From the IMG/VR virus record IMGVR_UViG_3300022555_002641, positions 57,683 to 121,682 of that record: 64,000 nucleotides of DNA, one strand, 5' to 3'. The position numbers and the translations under genes are program-made. The stretch is from a virus. The notes below the pieces were generated by a model, which ran no database searches, was not told where the DNA came from, and saw only the letters and a list, made by a program, of their open reading frames with translations. Positions 9,601 to 19,996 of this stretch are shown one piece after another; within the stretch, counting starts at the first letter, position 1; each line of letters opens with the position of its first letter.

Positions 9601-10803
9601 ATGGTAGATGTTGTTATAGATTTACAGTTCGGGGATTGTGGTAAAGGTCGTATAGTCGATTGGTTATCACCAGATTATGAGATTATTGCAAGATTTAATG
9701 GCGGTCCTAACTCTGGGCATGTTGTAAAATTCAATGGTAAGGAATATTCCTTACATCTTATCCCATCTGGAATATTTGAAGGTAAGCGATGTGCTTTGGG
9801 TAATGGTGTAGTTATTGATCCAATATCTTTTAAAAAAGAAGTTGAAATGCTGGAAGCTGATGGTATTGAAGCTAAGGTTAATTTGTGTATATCAAAATAT
9901 GCTCATATTATTACTCCACAGCATATTGTTGAAGATGCTGAAATTGAAAAACGACTTAATATTGGAACAACCCTTAAAGGTATCGGTCCTGCTTACACCT
10001 CTAAGTTTCGCAGGGATGGAATTCGTATTTGCGACATCACTGATGACCTAATTCAAAGTTTCGCTGGATACCCAGAATTTCAGGATGGGTTAAGATATAT
10101 TGTAGATAATATTGCTATAGCCAGTTTAGAAAGATTACTTAATTCACCATACACGCCAATTTTGGCAGAAGGTGCTCAAGGCACATTACTTGATGTAGAC
10201 TTCGGAACATATCCATATGTTAGTAGTTCAAATAGTACAATTGGTGGGGTATGCACTGGACTTGGAGTTTCTCCAAAGAATATTGATAAGGTTTATGGGG
10301 TATTCAAAGCATATATGACTCGTGTAGGCGGAGGACCATTTATAACCGAAATAGACGATGAAGATGGTGAAAAGATCAGAAGCATCGGTAATGAGTTTGG
10401 ATCAACCACAGGTCGTGCAAGGCGTTGCGGGTGGCTGGATTTACCAGCATTAGAATATGCTTGTATCATCAATGGTGTAACAGATTTGATAATGACAAAG
10501 GTTGATGTACTTAATGGGTTTGAAAAAGTAAAAATTTGCGTTGGGTATGCATTGGAAAATGATGCAGATTTTGATCCTGATTATGATGATGAGAATAATG
10601 TGTATACATACGATCCAACTATTCATAAAGAAAATCCAACCCCAATATATAGCGAATTTCTTGGCTGGGAAGAGTCTACATCTGAAAATGAAAATCTTGA
10701 AACATTCATATCATTCATTGAAAGAAAAATCGGTGTGAAAATTAAGTTTGTATCTTATGGGAAAGATAGAAATGATATGTTCGAAAGGATATTTGAAAAA
10801 TAA
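9601..10803 (+). CDS. purA: Adenylosuccinate synthetase
   Basis: QFGDCGKG, GGPNSGH, GTTLKGIGPAY, EGAQG, TYPYVSSS, TRVGGGPF, EFGSTTGRARRCGWLD. Confidence 0.97.
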   Translation: MVDVVIDLQFGDCGKGRIVDWLSPDYEIIARFNGGPNSGHVVKFNGKEYSLHLIPSGIFEGKRCALGNGVVIDPISFKKEVEMLEADGIEAKVNLCISKYAHIITPQHIVEDAEIEKRLNIGTTLKGIGPAYTSKFRRDGIRICDITDDLIQSFAGYPEFQDGLRYIVDNIAIASLERLLNSPYTPILAEGAQGTLLDVDFGTYPYVSSSNSTIGGVCTGLGVSPKNIDKVYGVFKAYMTRVGGGPFITEIDDEDGEKIRSIGNEFGSTTGRARRCGWLDLPALEYACIINGVTDLIMTKVDVLNGFEKVKICVGYALENDADFDPDYDDENNVYTYDPTIHKENPTPIYSEFLGWEESTSENENLETFISFIERKIGVKIKFVSYGKDRNDMFERIFEK

Positions 10804-10812
10804 TTAAATGGT

Positions 10813-11700
10813 TTGATATTAGAAGCAAAAGATTTTGAAAATCCTTTCTTTCAAGTGCTTACAACTTCAAATGATATTATTGAAGTTGCCTATATGGACT
10901 TGGAAGAAAGGAATAATTTTAGTCCAATGACTTATCCACAAGAACTTGCTATTACTACAAAAAATAAATATTTTGAATTAAAAGAAATAACAGTATCTAA
11001 ATCAACGGATTTAAAAAATCAATTAAAAAGATTTCTTTTAGAAGAAGCTATAAGTAAAGCTTCGATGCTTGGATTGAAGCCGTATAGTGTTAATTCTTAT
11101 AAGTTAGATATTTTAATGGATGAAATGCCAACTAAATCGAATAATCAATTTGGCAAAGAATCAAAAATGCATTTACATTATGAACATATGATGGGTAAAA
11201 TCAACGGAGCATCTAATGTTATTGCTATGAATTCTCGTATTGGACCTGCACAATATATGATAATAAACAGTAACACTTATAAATTTTTATATCCATATTT
11301 TAGTACGTGCCCTGAATCATTTTCAAGAAAGGGGGATAGAGAGTATGTTTTTAGAACTGGTAACCACCCATTTGGTGATTTACCAGTTTATATACACGAT
11401 AGTATGAAGGATGATCTTATTTTGCTTGGACGAAAAGGTCAACCACAAGATGGTGGAATTAAAATCGCATTCCAAGATAATGGTCAAACTTTTACACCAG
11501 AAATTAGTTTATCGACAATATGGCGAGATCAACAAGTGGATAAGAGAATAAATTGTGTCGATAACAACTCATATGTTAAATTAAAATATTCTATAGTTGA
11601 GGTTGGAAGCAATTTGCATAATTTCTATTATACTATTTATCTTGATCGTGGGTTAGTTGCAAAAAGAAAGGCTAAATTAAATAGATTATCTACATTATAA
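10813..11700 (+). CDS. Divergent T4 gp23/gp24-like (major capsid) paralog or fragment
   Basis: KINGASNVIAMNSRIGPAQYMIINS and PVYIHDSMKDDLILLGRKG..DGGI resemble the C-terminal region of T4-type major capsid proteins (by eye). Confidence 0.5.
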   Translation: MILEAKDFENPFFQVLTTSNDIIEVAYMDLEERNNFSPMTYPQELAITTKNKYFELKEITVSKSTDLKNQLKRFLLEEAISKASMLGLKPYSVNSYKLDILMDEMPTKSNNQFGKESKMHLHYEHMMGKINGASNVIAMNSRIGPAQYMIINSNTYKFLYPYFSTCPESFSRKGDREYVFRTGNHPFGDLPVYIHDSMKDDLILLGRKGQPQDGGIKIAFQDNGQTFTPEISLSTIWRDQQVDKRINCVDNNSYVKLKYSIVEVGSNLHNFYYTIYLDRGLVAKRKAKLNRLSTL

Positions 11701-11781
11701 TTTTTTTTATCAATTTTTTGTGTTACATTTGTGCTTTGATTGTAAATATCGTTTATTTGTCGAACTTAATTTAAATTAACC

Positions 11782-11811
11782 ATGAAACACTGCCACGATC
11801 CCCCCAGTTAA
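11782..11811 (+). CDS. 9-aa micro-ORF MKHCHDPPS (possible leader/arrest peptide)
   Basis: Between a TACATTTG box (11724-11731) and a terminator; A-rich start context. Confidence 0.35.
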   Translation: MKHCHDPPS

Positions 11812-11887
11812 GATTATAAAAAATATAATAATGATATAAGAAGCCAAAAAAGCAAATCAGGTATTTAGATATATAAAATGAAGAATG

Positions 11888-11919
11888 AAAACCCCCGCCT
11901 ACGTGCGGGGGTTTTTTTT
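11888..11919 (+). terminator. Intrinsic terminator
   Basis: AAAACCCCCGC-ctacgt-GCGGGGGTTTTTTTT. Confidence 0.85.
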
Positions 11920-11954
11920 ATTAAAAATTTTGATTATATTTGCAAAAATATAAT

Positions 11955-12458
11955 ATGTCATTAACACCATTTCCATCCGTGTCACGACCAGAAAAACGAA
12001 TCCCAATTGTAATGAAGCACATTGATTGGGCAGATTTCATAAACGAATTAGGTTTTACTTTATCTGAAGAAGAAAAGGATAAAATAGTATTGAATTGCCA
12101 AATACGATATAATGATATTTTTACTAAATGGAAGGAATCACCAGATTTAAGATTGACTCAGGTGCTTGCCACATTGGAAATAGTCCCCAATTTTGCGGGT
12201 GGTTGGTTCTATATTGAAGAATCTGACTATATGGTCAGAAAAAACTTTATTAAGCCAGAAGAAATTTTATTCTGGGGATCATATGGAAAAAGTGGAAAAC
12301 TTGAAGATTTTCATTGGGTGCTTATTAATGATATGGAAACTAAACATATTGAAAATTGCCTTTCTACACAAAAAAATATGAAACCTGTTTACAGGCAAGC
12401 AATGACCAATGTTTTGCGAAAAAGAAAAATAGCACATCTTAATGACAGCGAGGACTAA
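11955..12458 (+). CDS. Hypothetical phage protein
   Basis: ORF after TATATTTG box (11935-11942); ends LRKRKIAHL tag. Confidence 0.75.
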   Translation: MSLTPFPSVSRPEKRIPIVMKHIDWADFINELGFTLSEEEKDKIVLNCQIRYNDIFTKWKESPDLRLTQVLATLEIVPNFAGGWFYIEESDYMVRKNFIKPEEILFWGSYGKSGKLEDFHWVLINDMETKHIENCLSTQKNMKPVYRQAMTNVLRKRKIAHLNDSED

Positions 12459-12497
12459 GTTAAAAATAATCCTTATGCTTATATTAGATTTTATTGC

Positions 12498-12902
12498 ATG
12501 AAAAGAAAAAAGCCAAATAAGATTAAAATTCCAACCACTATTTTTTATTTCGAAAATAAAAATTTATTGGTACCAATTCTTATCGGCAATAAATATACCC
12601 CAATTCGATTTTTACCATTATCTAATTTGGAAAAATTAAAATCACACAAGAGACTTCAAGTATTCTACCATAAAGGGTTTTTATGCGCAAGCGGTTGTGG
12701 TAAAATCGGTAAATATCTTATAGAAGCACAAGAAGCTAACGGTAGAAAACATATTGATTTATATACCGAAGATTTTGAATTAATGACTGTTGATCATATA
12801 AAACCGAAATCAAAAGGTGGAACAAACGAATTAGATAATTACCAGCCTATGTGTCTAACTTGTAACCAAAAGAAAAAGGATATTTATCACGGCTCAGAAT
12901 AA
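12498..12902 (+). CDS. HNH endonuclease
   Basis: CxxxCG...MTVDHIKPKSKGGTNELDNYQPMCLTCN. Confidence 0.9.
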   Translation: MKRKKPNKIKIPTTIFYFENKNLLVPILIGNKYTPIRFLPLSNLEKLKSHKRLQVFYHKGFLCASGCGKIGKYLIEAQEANGRKHIDLYTEDFELMTVDHIKPKSKGGTNELDNYQPMCLTCNQKKKDIYHGSE

Positions 12903-13097
12903 TGATGACTTCTTTTGAATCTCAAACTTGATATTATTATTTTTCAATATTTTTGCAAGTTGGTTTTGATCCTTCTCATTTATTTCAAGGTACATTCCAA
13001 ATCTTCCACCTTCCTTGGGGTGCAAATAAAATATGACATCATTAACGATCACATCGTCAAATACCACATCATTAAAATCTTCATTATTAAATTTCAT
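12894..13097 (-). CDS. Hypothetical protein
   Basis: ORF track. Confidence 0.55.
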   Translation of the reverse strand: MKFNNEDFNDVVFDDVIVNDVIFYLHPKEGGRFGMYLEINEKDQNQLAKILKNNNIKFEIQKKSSLF

Positions 13098-13127
13098 ATC
13101 TATTTTATATAGAAATGTCTGAAAAGT

Positions 13128-13436
13128 TTATGGTTTTAATTTGCAATATAGTAAGCATAACCCATAAGATGTTATTCCACCAAAAAGACCGTCAAAAAAT
13201 ATTGATAATATTCTGATATTTGTAAATATTAAAAATGATGGAGAATAAATAAAACTTAATAAAAATCCACTCCAAACAGCCACACAAAGGATGCAGTGAA
13301 TCCATTTACCAAACAATTTAGGAGATTTTTTATCCAGATATATTCGTAACCACTCGAATGCGTAGCTATTTGTGATAATATAGCTTGCTGCAAAATTTAT
13401 CAATATAAATAAAAACAAATTGTATAATATGATCAT
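13128..13436 (-). CDS. Small membrane protein with CxxC...W motif (DUF1360-like)
   Basis: Hydrophobic helices, IHCILCVAVW; AATATATA upstream. Confidence 0.6.
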   Translation of the reverse strand: MIILYNLFLFILINFAASYIITNSYAFEWLRIYLDKKSPKLFGKWIHCILCVAVWSGFLLSFIYSPSFLIFTNIRILSIFFDGLFGGITSYGLCLLYCKLKP

Positions 13437-13483
13437 ATTCTATATATATTTAAACAAATTGCTCATTTCTCACTAAAAGTGAT

Positions 13484-13858
13484 ATGGATTTAATCAAAAA
13501 AATAAATAGCCAAGAGGTTCGATCTAAGACTCAAATTGAACGAAGACGAATGCTAAAAGATAAAATTCTACAGCGGTCACAAAGTAGAATTGGACTGAGT
13601 GTAATTTGTTTTGAAAATGAAGGTATAGAATCAGACCAAACGTTTATGTATAAACGTGCGTTTATACCCTATAAGACAATTCCAAAAAAAGTCCCATTAA
13701 CAATTGGTAAATTTTATACAATTTTGGAAATTAAAAAAGATGAAATAAAAGTAAAAAATGACTTGGGTAAGAAAGTGTGGTATACGATTAAAAGATTTTT
13801 ATATACCATAAAATATGAACGTTGTGAAAAACTAAAAAATATAATTCAAAATGTCTGA
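13484..13858 (+). CDS. Hypothetical protein (LTIGK.Y motif)
   Basis: ORF; shares LTIGK(F/T)Y with 21666..21950; C-terminal tag. Confidence 0.7.
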   Translation: MDLIKKINSQEVRSKTQIERRRMLKDKILQRSQSRIGLSVICFENEGIESDQTFMYKRAFIPYKTIPKKVPLTIGKFYTILEIKKDEIKVKNDLGKKVWYTIKRFLYTIKYERCEKLKNIIQNV

Positions 13859-14051
13859 CGGTATAAGTGAATCAAGAAGGGGTACATATTTTTCAAGTTA
13901 TAAATATGATTTTGAAATAAAAAGTAAGTTATCAGAATTTGTAACTGATGATATTTTAAAAACTTGCCCAGAAGGTGTATCGAAAGATGCTTTCAAAGAA
14001 TCAATAATTAACGCATTGTTTAACATTAATAAAAACACTCGAATAATATGA
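13851..14051 (+). CDS. Hypothetical protein
   Basis: Overlap-coupled ORF. Confidence 0.6.
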   Translation: MSDGISESRRGTYFSSYKYDFEIKSKLSEFVTDDILKTCPEGVSKDAFKESIINALFNINKNTRII

Positions 14052-14227
14052 AAGGCTTTGATGACGACATATTTGACAGTTTAGATTTTGGTTCATTCGG
14101 AACTGGAAACGATTATGAAAAAATTGATTACGAGAAAATTTTGGAAGATATTCCAATATCCGAAATCGAAAAATTTTTAAGAAAGAAAAAATTAGAAACA
14201 ATTAAAAATGGTAAAAATAATAAATAA
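14048..14227 (+). CDS. 59-aa hypothetical protein (not in ORF track)
   Basis: ATGA overlap; MKGFDDDIFDSLDF...IEKFLRKKKLETIKNGKNNK with C-terminal tag. Confidence 0.65.
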   Translation: MKGFDDDIFDSLDFGSFGTGNDYEKIDYEKILEDIPISEIEKFLRKKKLETIKNGKNNK

Positions 14228-14477
14228 GATGGATGATTTAAGTGATTTCTTTGACTATTGGAAAGTGGAGCCAACTAAACCTAAAAACTATGAGGATTTG
14301 GATGATTTGAAAGTGAGACCTAAAAACCATGAGGATTTGGATGATATTTTTAATATGTCATATATGCCAATGTATGAAGAATATTTACAGCAAATAAAAA
14401 AGATTCCCATCCGTTTTTTGGAAAGATACATCAGAGAACAAAAAATACAAAATTTAAACAAACAAGATATAACATGA
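14208..14477 (+). CDS. Hypothetical protein with internal PKN.EDLDD duplication
   Basis: ORF track; C-terminal tag REQKIQNL. Confidence 0.65.
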   Translation: MVKIINKMDDLSDFFDYWKVEPTKPKNYEDLDDLKVRPKNHEDLDDIFNMSYMPMYEEYLQQIKKIPIRFLERYIREQKIQNLNKQDIT

Positions 14478-14911
14478 TATTGGACATAAAGAAATATGGA
14501 GCCGATAAATATGGGGCATTAAGAAAAAAATGTATTAATGTTAAACCAGAACACCCATCAATACAAAAATTGATCGATGATATGTTCGAAACTGTCAAAT
14601 TTTATGGCGGGGTCGGGTTGGCAGCACCTCAAGTAGATTGGGCATTAAATATGTTTATTATTAATACTTCAACATTCCAAGAAGTTATGATCAACCCAGA
14701 GGTGTCTGCATACGGTAATCACCTTCAAGTAAGAGAAGGGTGCATTAGTTTTCCTAATTTGGAGACTCCTACGAGTAGGCAATCCAAAGTGGCAGTACGA
14801 TACCTTGATCGAAATTGGATTCAACGTACACGAGATTTAGAGGGGCTATTAGCAATTATTGTTCAGCATGAATATGATCACTTACAAGGTAAACTAATTA
14901 TAGATTTTTAA
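14474..14911 (+). CDS. def: Peptide deformylase
   Basis: GVGLAAPQ, EGCIS, HEYDH motifs. Confidence 0.95.
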   Translation: MILDIKKYGADKYGALRKKCINVKPEHPSIQKLIDDMFETVKFYGGVGLAAPQVDWALNMFIINTSTFQEVMINPEVSAYGNHLQVREGCISFPNLETPTSRQSKVAVRYLDRNWIQRTRDLEGLLAIIVQHEYDHLQGKLIIDF

Positions 14912-14961
14912 TCTTAATTCATCAGAATGACAACATTTTAATTATTTATTAGTATAATACT

Positions 14962-15780
14962 ATGATGAAGAAAGATAAAACATTTTTTTATTATGTTTTT
15001 GATTGGGATAATAATATTCTAAATCTTAGTACCCCTATGTACTTTAAGAAAAGAATTAATAATTGTTGGAAGAACGTTACAATTTTTCCAAATGACTTTG
15101 CCAAGATTAGAAAAAAATATGGTGCTGAATATATGAACAACCCAGAGTGGAAGGCGACCCAAAAAACTGCATTCACCGAATTTGGGGATTACGGAAAGCG
15201 TGGAAATATGGCATTTATTGAAGATTGCATTGTTGCAATTAATAATAAAGATTTTGGACCTTCATGGGATTCATTTATTCAAACCATAATGGAAGGTAGA
15301 TTATTTTCCATTGCCACCACGAGAGGTCATGAGCCAGCCACCATAAAAAAAGTAGTAAGGTATATTATTGAAAATATTCTTACACCAAGTCAAAAACAAA
15401 TAATGGCTGATAACCTTAAAGAGTTTGCAAAATTCTTTAAAATTAAAAATAAAGATTTGCTAACTTACTATCTCAATAAGTGTTATTTTATAGGATTATT
15501 TTCAAAAAAATTCAAAAAACAATTTGGATATGTTCCATATGGTGAGTTAATAGAAAAAGGTAAGCAAGATGCAATTCAATATTTTATTGAATATGTAAGA
15601 AAATTTGCCCAAAGACACAATAAATCATTGAGTGTTGGATTTTCTGATGACGACATACATTTTTCTAATGCAGCTAAGCAGTTATTTATCAAGATGAAAA
15701 ATTTAAATGAGAATGAAAATTACTACGTTTTTGATACATCCAATAGAAAAATTAAAGGTGGTATCAGAATAAAAATCTAA
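14962..15780 (+). CDS. HAD-superfamily-like protein
   Basis: N-terminal FDWDNN, TTRGH, GFSDDD motifs. Confidence 0.55.
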   Translation: MMKKDKTFFYYVFDWDNNILNLSTPMYFKKRINNCWKNVTIFPNDFAKIRKKYGAEYMNNPEWKATQKTAFTEFGDYGKRGNMAFIEDCIVAINNKDFGPSWDSFIQTIMEGRLFSIATTRGHEPATIKKVVRYIIENILTPSQKQIMADNLKEFAKFFKIKNKDLLTYYLNKCYFIGLFSKKFKKQFGYVPYGELIEKGKQDAIQYFIEYVRKFAQRHNKSLSVGFSDDDIHFSNAAKQLFIKMKNLNENENYYVFDTSNRKIKGGIRIKI

Positions 15781-15842
15781 TTCAATTTTTTTTTTCTCAA
15801 TAATTATTTATATCTTTGTGCTCTTAATTAAAAATAATCATA

Positions 15843-16610
15843 ATGAAAACAAATTTCAACGATTTCCAGTTAGACTCATATTTGATAGAAGACCTTTATC
15901 AGAATAAAAACAGGACTTTGAGTGAAATTGGAAAACGTTTCAATTGCTCTACCGACAAAGTAATTGAATCTATAACTGAAAAGGGTCGAATAAACTACGA
16001 ACAACAAATAAAAAATCCAACAGTTTATAGTCAATTAAAAAATTTCATTGAGACTGAAATTGACCCATATTGCAATAGTACTTTGATGCCAGTACTGGAT
16101 ACTTTCAAACTTTTTCGTTGGAAAGAATATACAGTTGCAAAAAATATTAGAACTACGGAATATGAGTTTAACTTTACACCATCACGATATGGGATGAGTG
16201 GATTTGGTGCATCTATAAGCTTTTTTGTTGTCGAAGAAAAGGATACAAAAGTGATTATAGATTGTTATTTTGAACTTAACATTTTTGGTTACAATTATAA
16301 AAAAATAGCTGGAAAGGATCATGCAAAACTCATAACCGATATTACAGATCATAACTTAAAGCAAATGTTCAATTTGAGTAGGTTATCTGAAGATAAGAAA
16401 ATTGAAATGTATATTGACCAAATTAATATTGATATAATCAGAAAAATCGCAAAGAAAAATATACAAGGTATGGTAGGTGATATTGATTCAGCATCAGATG
16501 AAGATGTAAGAGAAGCGTTGAAAGAATTTATCTATGAGGACGAAACCTATTCTACACCAATAAAAAAATCTGTTTTAGCACAAGCAAAAAAATTAGGAAT
16601 AACCGTATGA
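15843..16610 (+). CDS. Hypothetical protein (possible N-terminal HTH)
   Basis: RTLSEIGKRFNCS; TATCTTTG box at 15811. Confidence 0.65.
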   Translation: MKTNFNDFQLDSYLIEDLYQNKNRTLSEIGKRFNCSTDKVIESITEKGRINYEQQIKNPTVYSQLKNFIETEIDPYCNSTLMPVLDTFKLFRWKEYTVAKNIRTTEYEFNFTPSRYGMSGFGASISFFVVEEKDTKVIIDCYFELNIFGYNYKKIAGKDHAKLITDITDHNLKQMFNLSRLSEDKKIEMYIDQINIDIIRKIAKKNIQGMVGDIDSASDEDVREALKEFIYEDETYSTPIKKSVLAQAKKLGITV

Positions 16611-16996
16611 AAGTAACTAAAGAAATATTATTCATGAGTGGATATGATATGCGAGAGATTGCAACTAAAATAGTTACTAATAAAGCAACAGATTTCACAA
16701 AAAAATTAAAGGGTAGGTATAAAAAATTCATGTCTGATGAATTTATTATCGCTTACATTACTTATAAATTTGTAGATTTGTATGTGGAGTATTGGGGTAA
16801 AGGTGTTAGAACTCCCAATGCCATAAATATTGCCTATGATTCAACAATAGAACTTTTTGAAAATATTCTTGAGCATCGTTGTCATGCAACTGGTAATGGG
16901 CATCATGTTGCTCAAATGTTTTCTGGTTATTTTGAAGATGCATTAATAACTGACAAAGAACTTAGAAAATTAAAATTACAAAAAATCGAATTATGA
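16607..16996 (+). CDS. Hypothetical protein
   Basis: ATGA-coupled; C-terminal tag LRKLKLQKI. Confidence 0.7.
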   Translation: MKVTKEILFMSGYDMREIATKIVTNKATDFTKKLKGRYKKFMSDEFIIAYITYKFVDLYVEYWGKGVRTPNAINIAYDSTIELFENILEHRCHATGNGHHVAQMFSGYFEDALITDKELRKLKLQKIEL

Positions 16997-18987
16997 AATA
17001 CTTAACATTATCAGAAATTTATGATCTCCTTTTTGAAGGAAATTATTCAGCAGCCGTAGAGCAGCTCCGTCTTTTAAATGACGCTTACAGGAAAGGTGAC
17101 CCAAAAATAAGCGACCCAGAATGGGATAAAATTTATGAAGATGTCAGGTCTTTCGTTCCTGATGATGATTTTTTCAAATCTGCCGTCATTGAGGAAGTTA
17201 TTGTCAATCCTGAGAGGATGGAAAAACTTATTTACCCTATGTATTCATTGAACAAATTGACAACTATCGAAGAAATTCAGAAAAAAATTGCCAGCAAAGG
17301 GCTTCCACCGAATATTCTTGTAGTCGTATTATCAAAGTATGATGGTTGTTCGGCACTCAATTATGAGCAGGGCCCATCGTGCTGGTCGAGGGGAGATGGT
17401 GTTGAAGGTCAACGATTAATGGAACATTATAAGAAAGTTGGACAAAACGGTCAAAAATTAAAAGCCAATTTGTATACCATTGGCGAACTTATCATTGCTA
17501 AAAAAACATTTGCCGACAACCAACATTTAATGATCAAGAAGGATGGAACCCCATACAAAAATCCTCGCAACATGGTGGCTGGACTTATAAATGATGATAA
17601 TGCTTCTGATTACTGGAAGTACGTCACTCATATTCGTTACGGTATTGCTGATGCCGATGCCAATTTTACAATGGATAAGCTTGAGCAGTTAAAGCTTATT
17701 CCTGAAATTCCTTATCTTGCAATTCCAGCCAATGAATTAACCGAAGAATTACTTGACGGTTTGTATTACAAATGGGGTGAAGACTGGGAAATTGATGGTC
17801 TTGTCATTGACATAAACGATAAAAATATTCGTAAATCCCTTGGGCGTGAGACCAATGATAACCCTGCATATGCTTGGGCATACAAAAAAGGCTGGACAAA
17901 GCCGACAACAACACCATTGATAAGCGAAGAATGGAATCTTGGTAAAAAAGGTTTTATGGCTCCAGTTATCAATATTCAGCCAGTTGAAGTTGAAGGTGTT
18001 ACCGTATCACGTGCGACTGCATACAATGCAAGGTTCGTTCTTGAAAACGGTATTGGGACTGGCGCAATTGTTGACATTATCCGATCTGGTTCCGTTATTC
18101 CTAAGATTGTAAATGTAAGAAAGCGTGGAGCCGTTAGCCTTCCTACACACTGCCCATCATGTAATCATGAGCTTGTTTGGAGCACCAATACCAAAGGTGA
18201 GCATGTGAATCTCATGTGCATCAATCCAGATTGTGAAGAAATCAAGTTTAAGATGGCAGCATTTTTCTTCACCAGCTTTAAATTAAAAGATTTTGGTGAA
18301 GGTACAGCAAAGATTCTGTTTAACAACGGATTCGACAGTGTCAATAAAATTCTGAATATGACCATTGATGATCTTAAAAAAATTAATGGGCTTGGTAATG
18401 TTTCTGGTACAAAATTTCTGAAAGAAATCAGCACAAAGATACGGAAATGTACATTCGAAAGAATTGGGCATGCGTCTGGGTGTTTTGAGAACCTTGGCTC
18501 AAGAAAACTGAAGATGATCCTTGATGGTATTGGGCTTTCGTATATTGAGCTCGCTTCAAAAATTTCAACATCAAATGGTGTTGAATTGTTGAATTTTCAG
18601 AACAACCTACTGAGTATTAAAGGCGTTTCAGATAGAACTGCCGCTGCATTTATGGATGGGCTGGCTGAATTCAAGGAATTCATCAAAGATATTGACGTAG
18701 AAATTGTTGATGTTGTTGAAGATGCCGAATCTGATGCTCCTGATGCAGTTGTTCTTAAGCCACAGGATATGACAGGTAGGGCATTCCTATTCTCAGGCTT
18801 TCGTGATGCCAATCTTGAAAAATATATCGTAAAGAATGGCGGTGAGATAAAGTCATCATATTCAACTAAAGTTACCGATCTCCTTCTGGCTGACATTAAT
18901 TCGTCTTCAAAAAAGACAAATGATGCAAAGGCTAATGGGTGCACGATCACACAAATTGATGATTTCAGGAAAAGCTTATCAGTATAA
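16993..18987 (+). CDS. ligA: NAD-dependent DNA ligase
   Basis: KYDG adenylation motif, SRGDG, NPRN, EIDGLV, C4 Zn finger, HhH repeats, C-terminal BRCT. Confidence 0.95.
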   Translation: MKYLTLSEIYDLLFEGNYSAAVEQLRLLNDAYRKGDPKISDPEWDKIYEDVRSFVPDDDFFKSAVIEEVIVNPERMEKLIYPMYSLNKLTTIEEIQKKIASKGLPPNILVVVLSKYDGCSALNYEQGPSCWSRGDGVEGQRLMEHYKKVGQNGQKLKANLYTIGELIIAKKTFADNQHLMIKKDGTPYKNPRNMVAGLINDDNASDYWKYVTHIRYGIADADANFTMDKLEQLKLIPEIPYLAIPANELTEELLDGLYYKWGEDWEIDGLVIDINDKNIRKSLGRETNDNPAYAWAYKKGWTKPTTTPLISEEWNLGKKGFMAPVINIQPVEVEGVTVSRATAYNARFVLENGIGTGAIVDIIRSGSVIPKIVNVRKRGAVSLPTHCPSCNHELVWSTNTKGEHVNLMCINPDCEEIKFKMAAFFFTSFKLKDFGEGTAKILFNNGFDSVNKILNMTIDDLKKINGLGNVSGTKFLKEISTKIRKCTFERIGHASGCFENLGSRKLKMILDGIGLSYIELASKISTSNGVELLNFQNNLLSIKGVSDRTAAAFMDGLAEFKEFIKDIDVEIVDVVEDAESDAPDAVVLKPQDMTGRAFLFSGFRDANLEKYIVKNGGEIKSSYSTKVTDLLLADINSSSKKTNDAKANGCTITQIDDFRKSLSV

Positions 18988-19038
18988 TTTTTTTATTCAG
19001 AAAATTGTTTTATATTTGCACAACTAAAAATCAATAAT

Positions 19039-19371
19039 ATGCAACGTACAAGCAGTAATCGTTTTATGCGGTCAAGTAACTGGATTGAATTGATGACATC
19101 ATTTGCCGCACCAGTTTTATTTCTGGTAATCTTTTTTATTCTTGTTGCAGTAAAGGGTTGTACTGACCCTGAAAAAGCAACTATGGTTCTGAAAGCAGAT
19201 GGTTACACCGAAATCACAATTGTTGGGTGGGCAGGACCATTCGCTGGTGGAAAAGGTGATTGGTACAACACTGAATTTCGGGCAGCAAAAAGCAACCAGA
19301 TTATTAATGGTGTTGTTAGTGAAGGTCTTATCTTCAAAGGTTCAACTATCAGGATAAATAGCGCACGATGA
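19039..19371 (+). CDS. Membrane/lipoprotein-like hypothetical protein
   Basis: TM segment followed by KGC. Confidence 0.65.
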   Translation: MQRTSSNRFMRSSNWIELMTSFAAPVLFLVIFFILVAVKGCTDPEKATMVLKADGYTEITIVGWAGPFAGGKGDWYNTEFRAAKSNQIINGVVSEGLIFKGSTIRINSAR

Positions 19372-19772
19372 TACAACTTGAAACCATATTAGCATTTACA
19401 TTAGTAGGGATTATAATTTTTTGTCTACTAAGTATTATCTGCTACACTTTATTTTCATTGGTATACTTTCCAATTATAATATTCAAAGGAGAAACAAAAT
19501 TCACAAAGCGAATTGAAAATTTCATGCTTTACAATAAATTTTCGTTGATCCTAATAAATTTTGTTATCACTGGGATTTTGACATTTGTAATTGGAAGCAT
19601 TCTATTATATGTATCTTTTCAATGCCACCCTGAAGATCACTATATTTTAGGCGGCATTGTAAGTTCATTTATGATTTTAATTGGTGGAACCCGAACATTA
19701 ATATTTTTCAAAAAGTATTTTATAAAAAAAGACTTTAATAAAAAAAATGCATATGAAAATAAAAATATCTGA
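19368..19772 (+). CDS. Membrane protein
   Basis: Three hydrophobic helices. Confidence 0.65.
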   Translation: MIQLETILAFTLVGIIIFCLLSIICYTLFSLVYFPIIIFKGETKFTKRIENFMLYNKFSLILINFVITGILTFVIGSILLYVSFQCHPEDHYILGGIVSSFMILIGGTRTLIFFKKYFIKKDFNKKNAYENKNI

Positions 19773-19986
19773 AATAGATGTCCTCAAGGGCAAGTTTTCA
19801 AACACAATATCAGCTATCGAAGGCGTTCTAAAAGAAAGTCATGGTGATATTGAAGTAGGTCAATCATACAGCGCAGAAGCGGTTTACAGCCGCACTAAAC
19901 GGATTAAAGAAGTCTTTGAAGACGAAATAAAAAAGCTTTCTATGGATATTACATTAACAATTGATGAATCAACCCAACCTGAGTAA
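19753..19986 (+). CDS. Hypothetical protein
   Basis: ORF track. Confidence 0.55.
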   Translation: MKIKISEIDVLKGKFSNTISAIEGVLKESHGDIEVGQSYSAEAVYSRTKRIKEVFEDEIKKLSMDITLTIDESTQPE

Positions 19987-19996
19987 AAATAAACAT

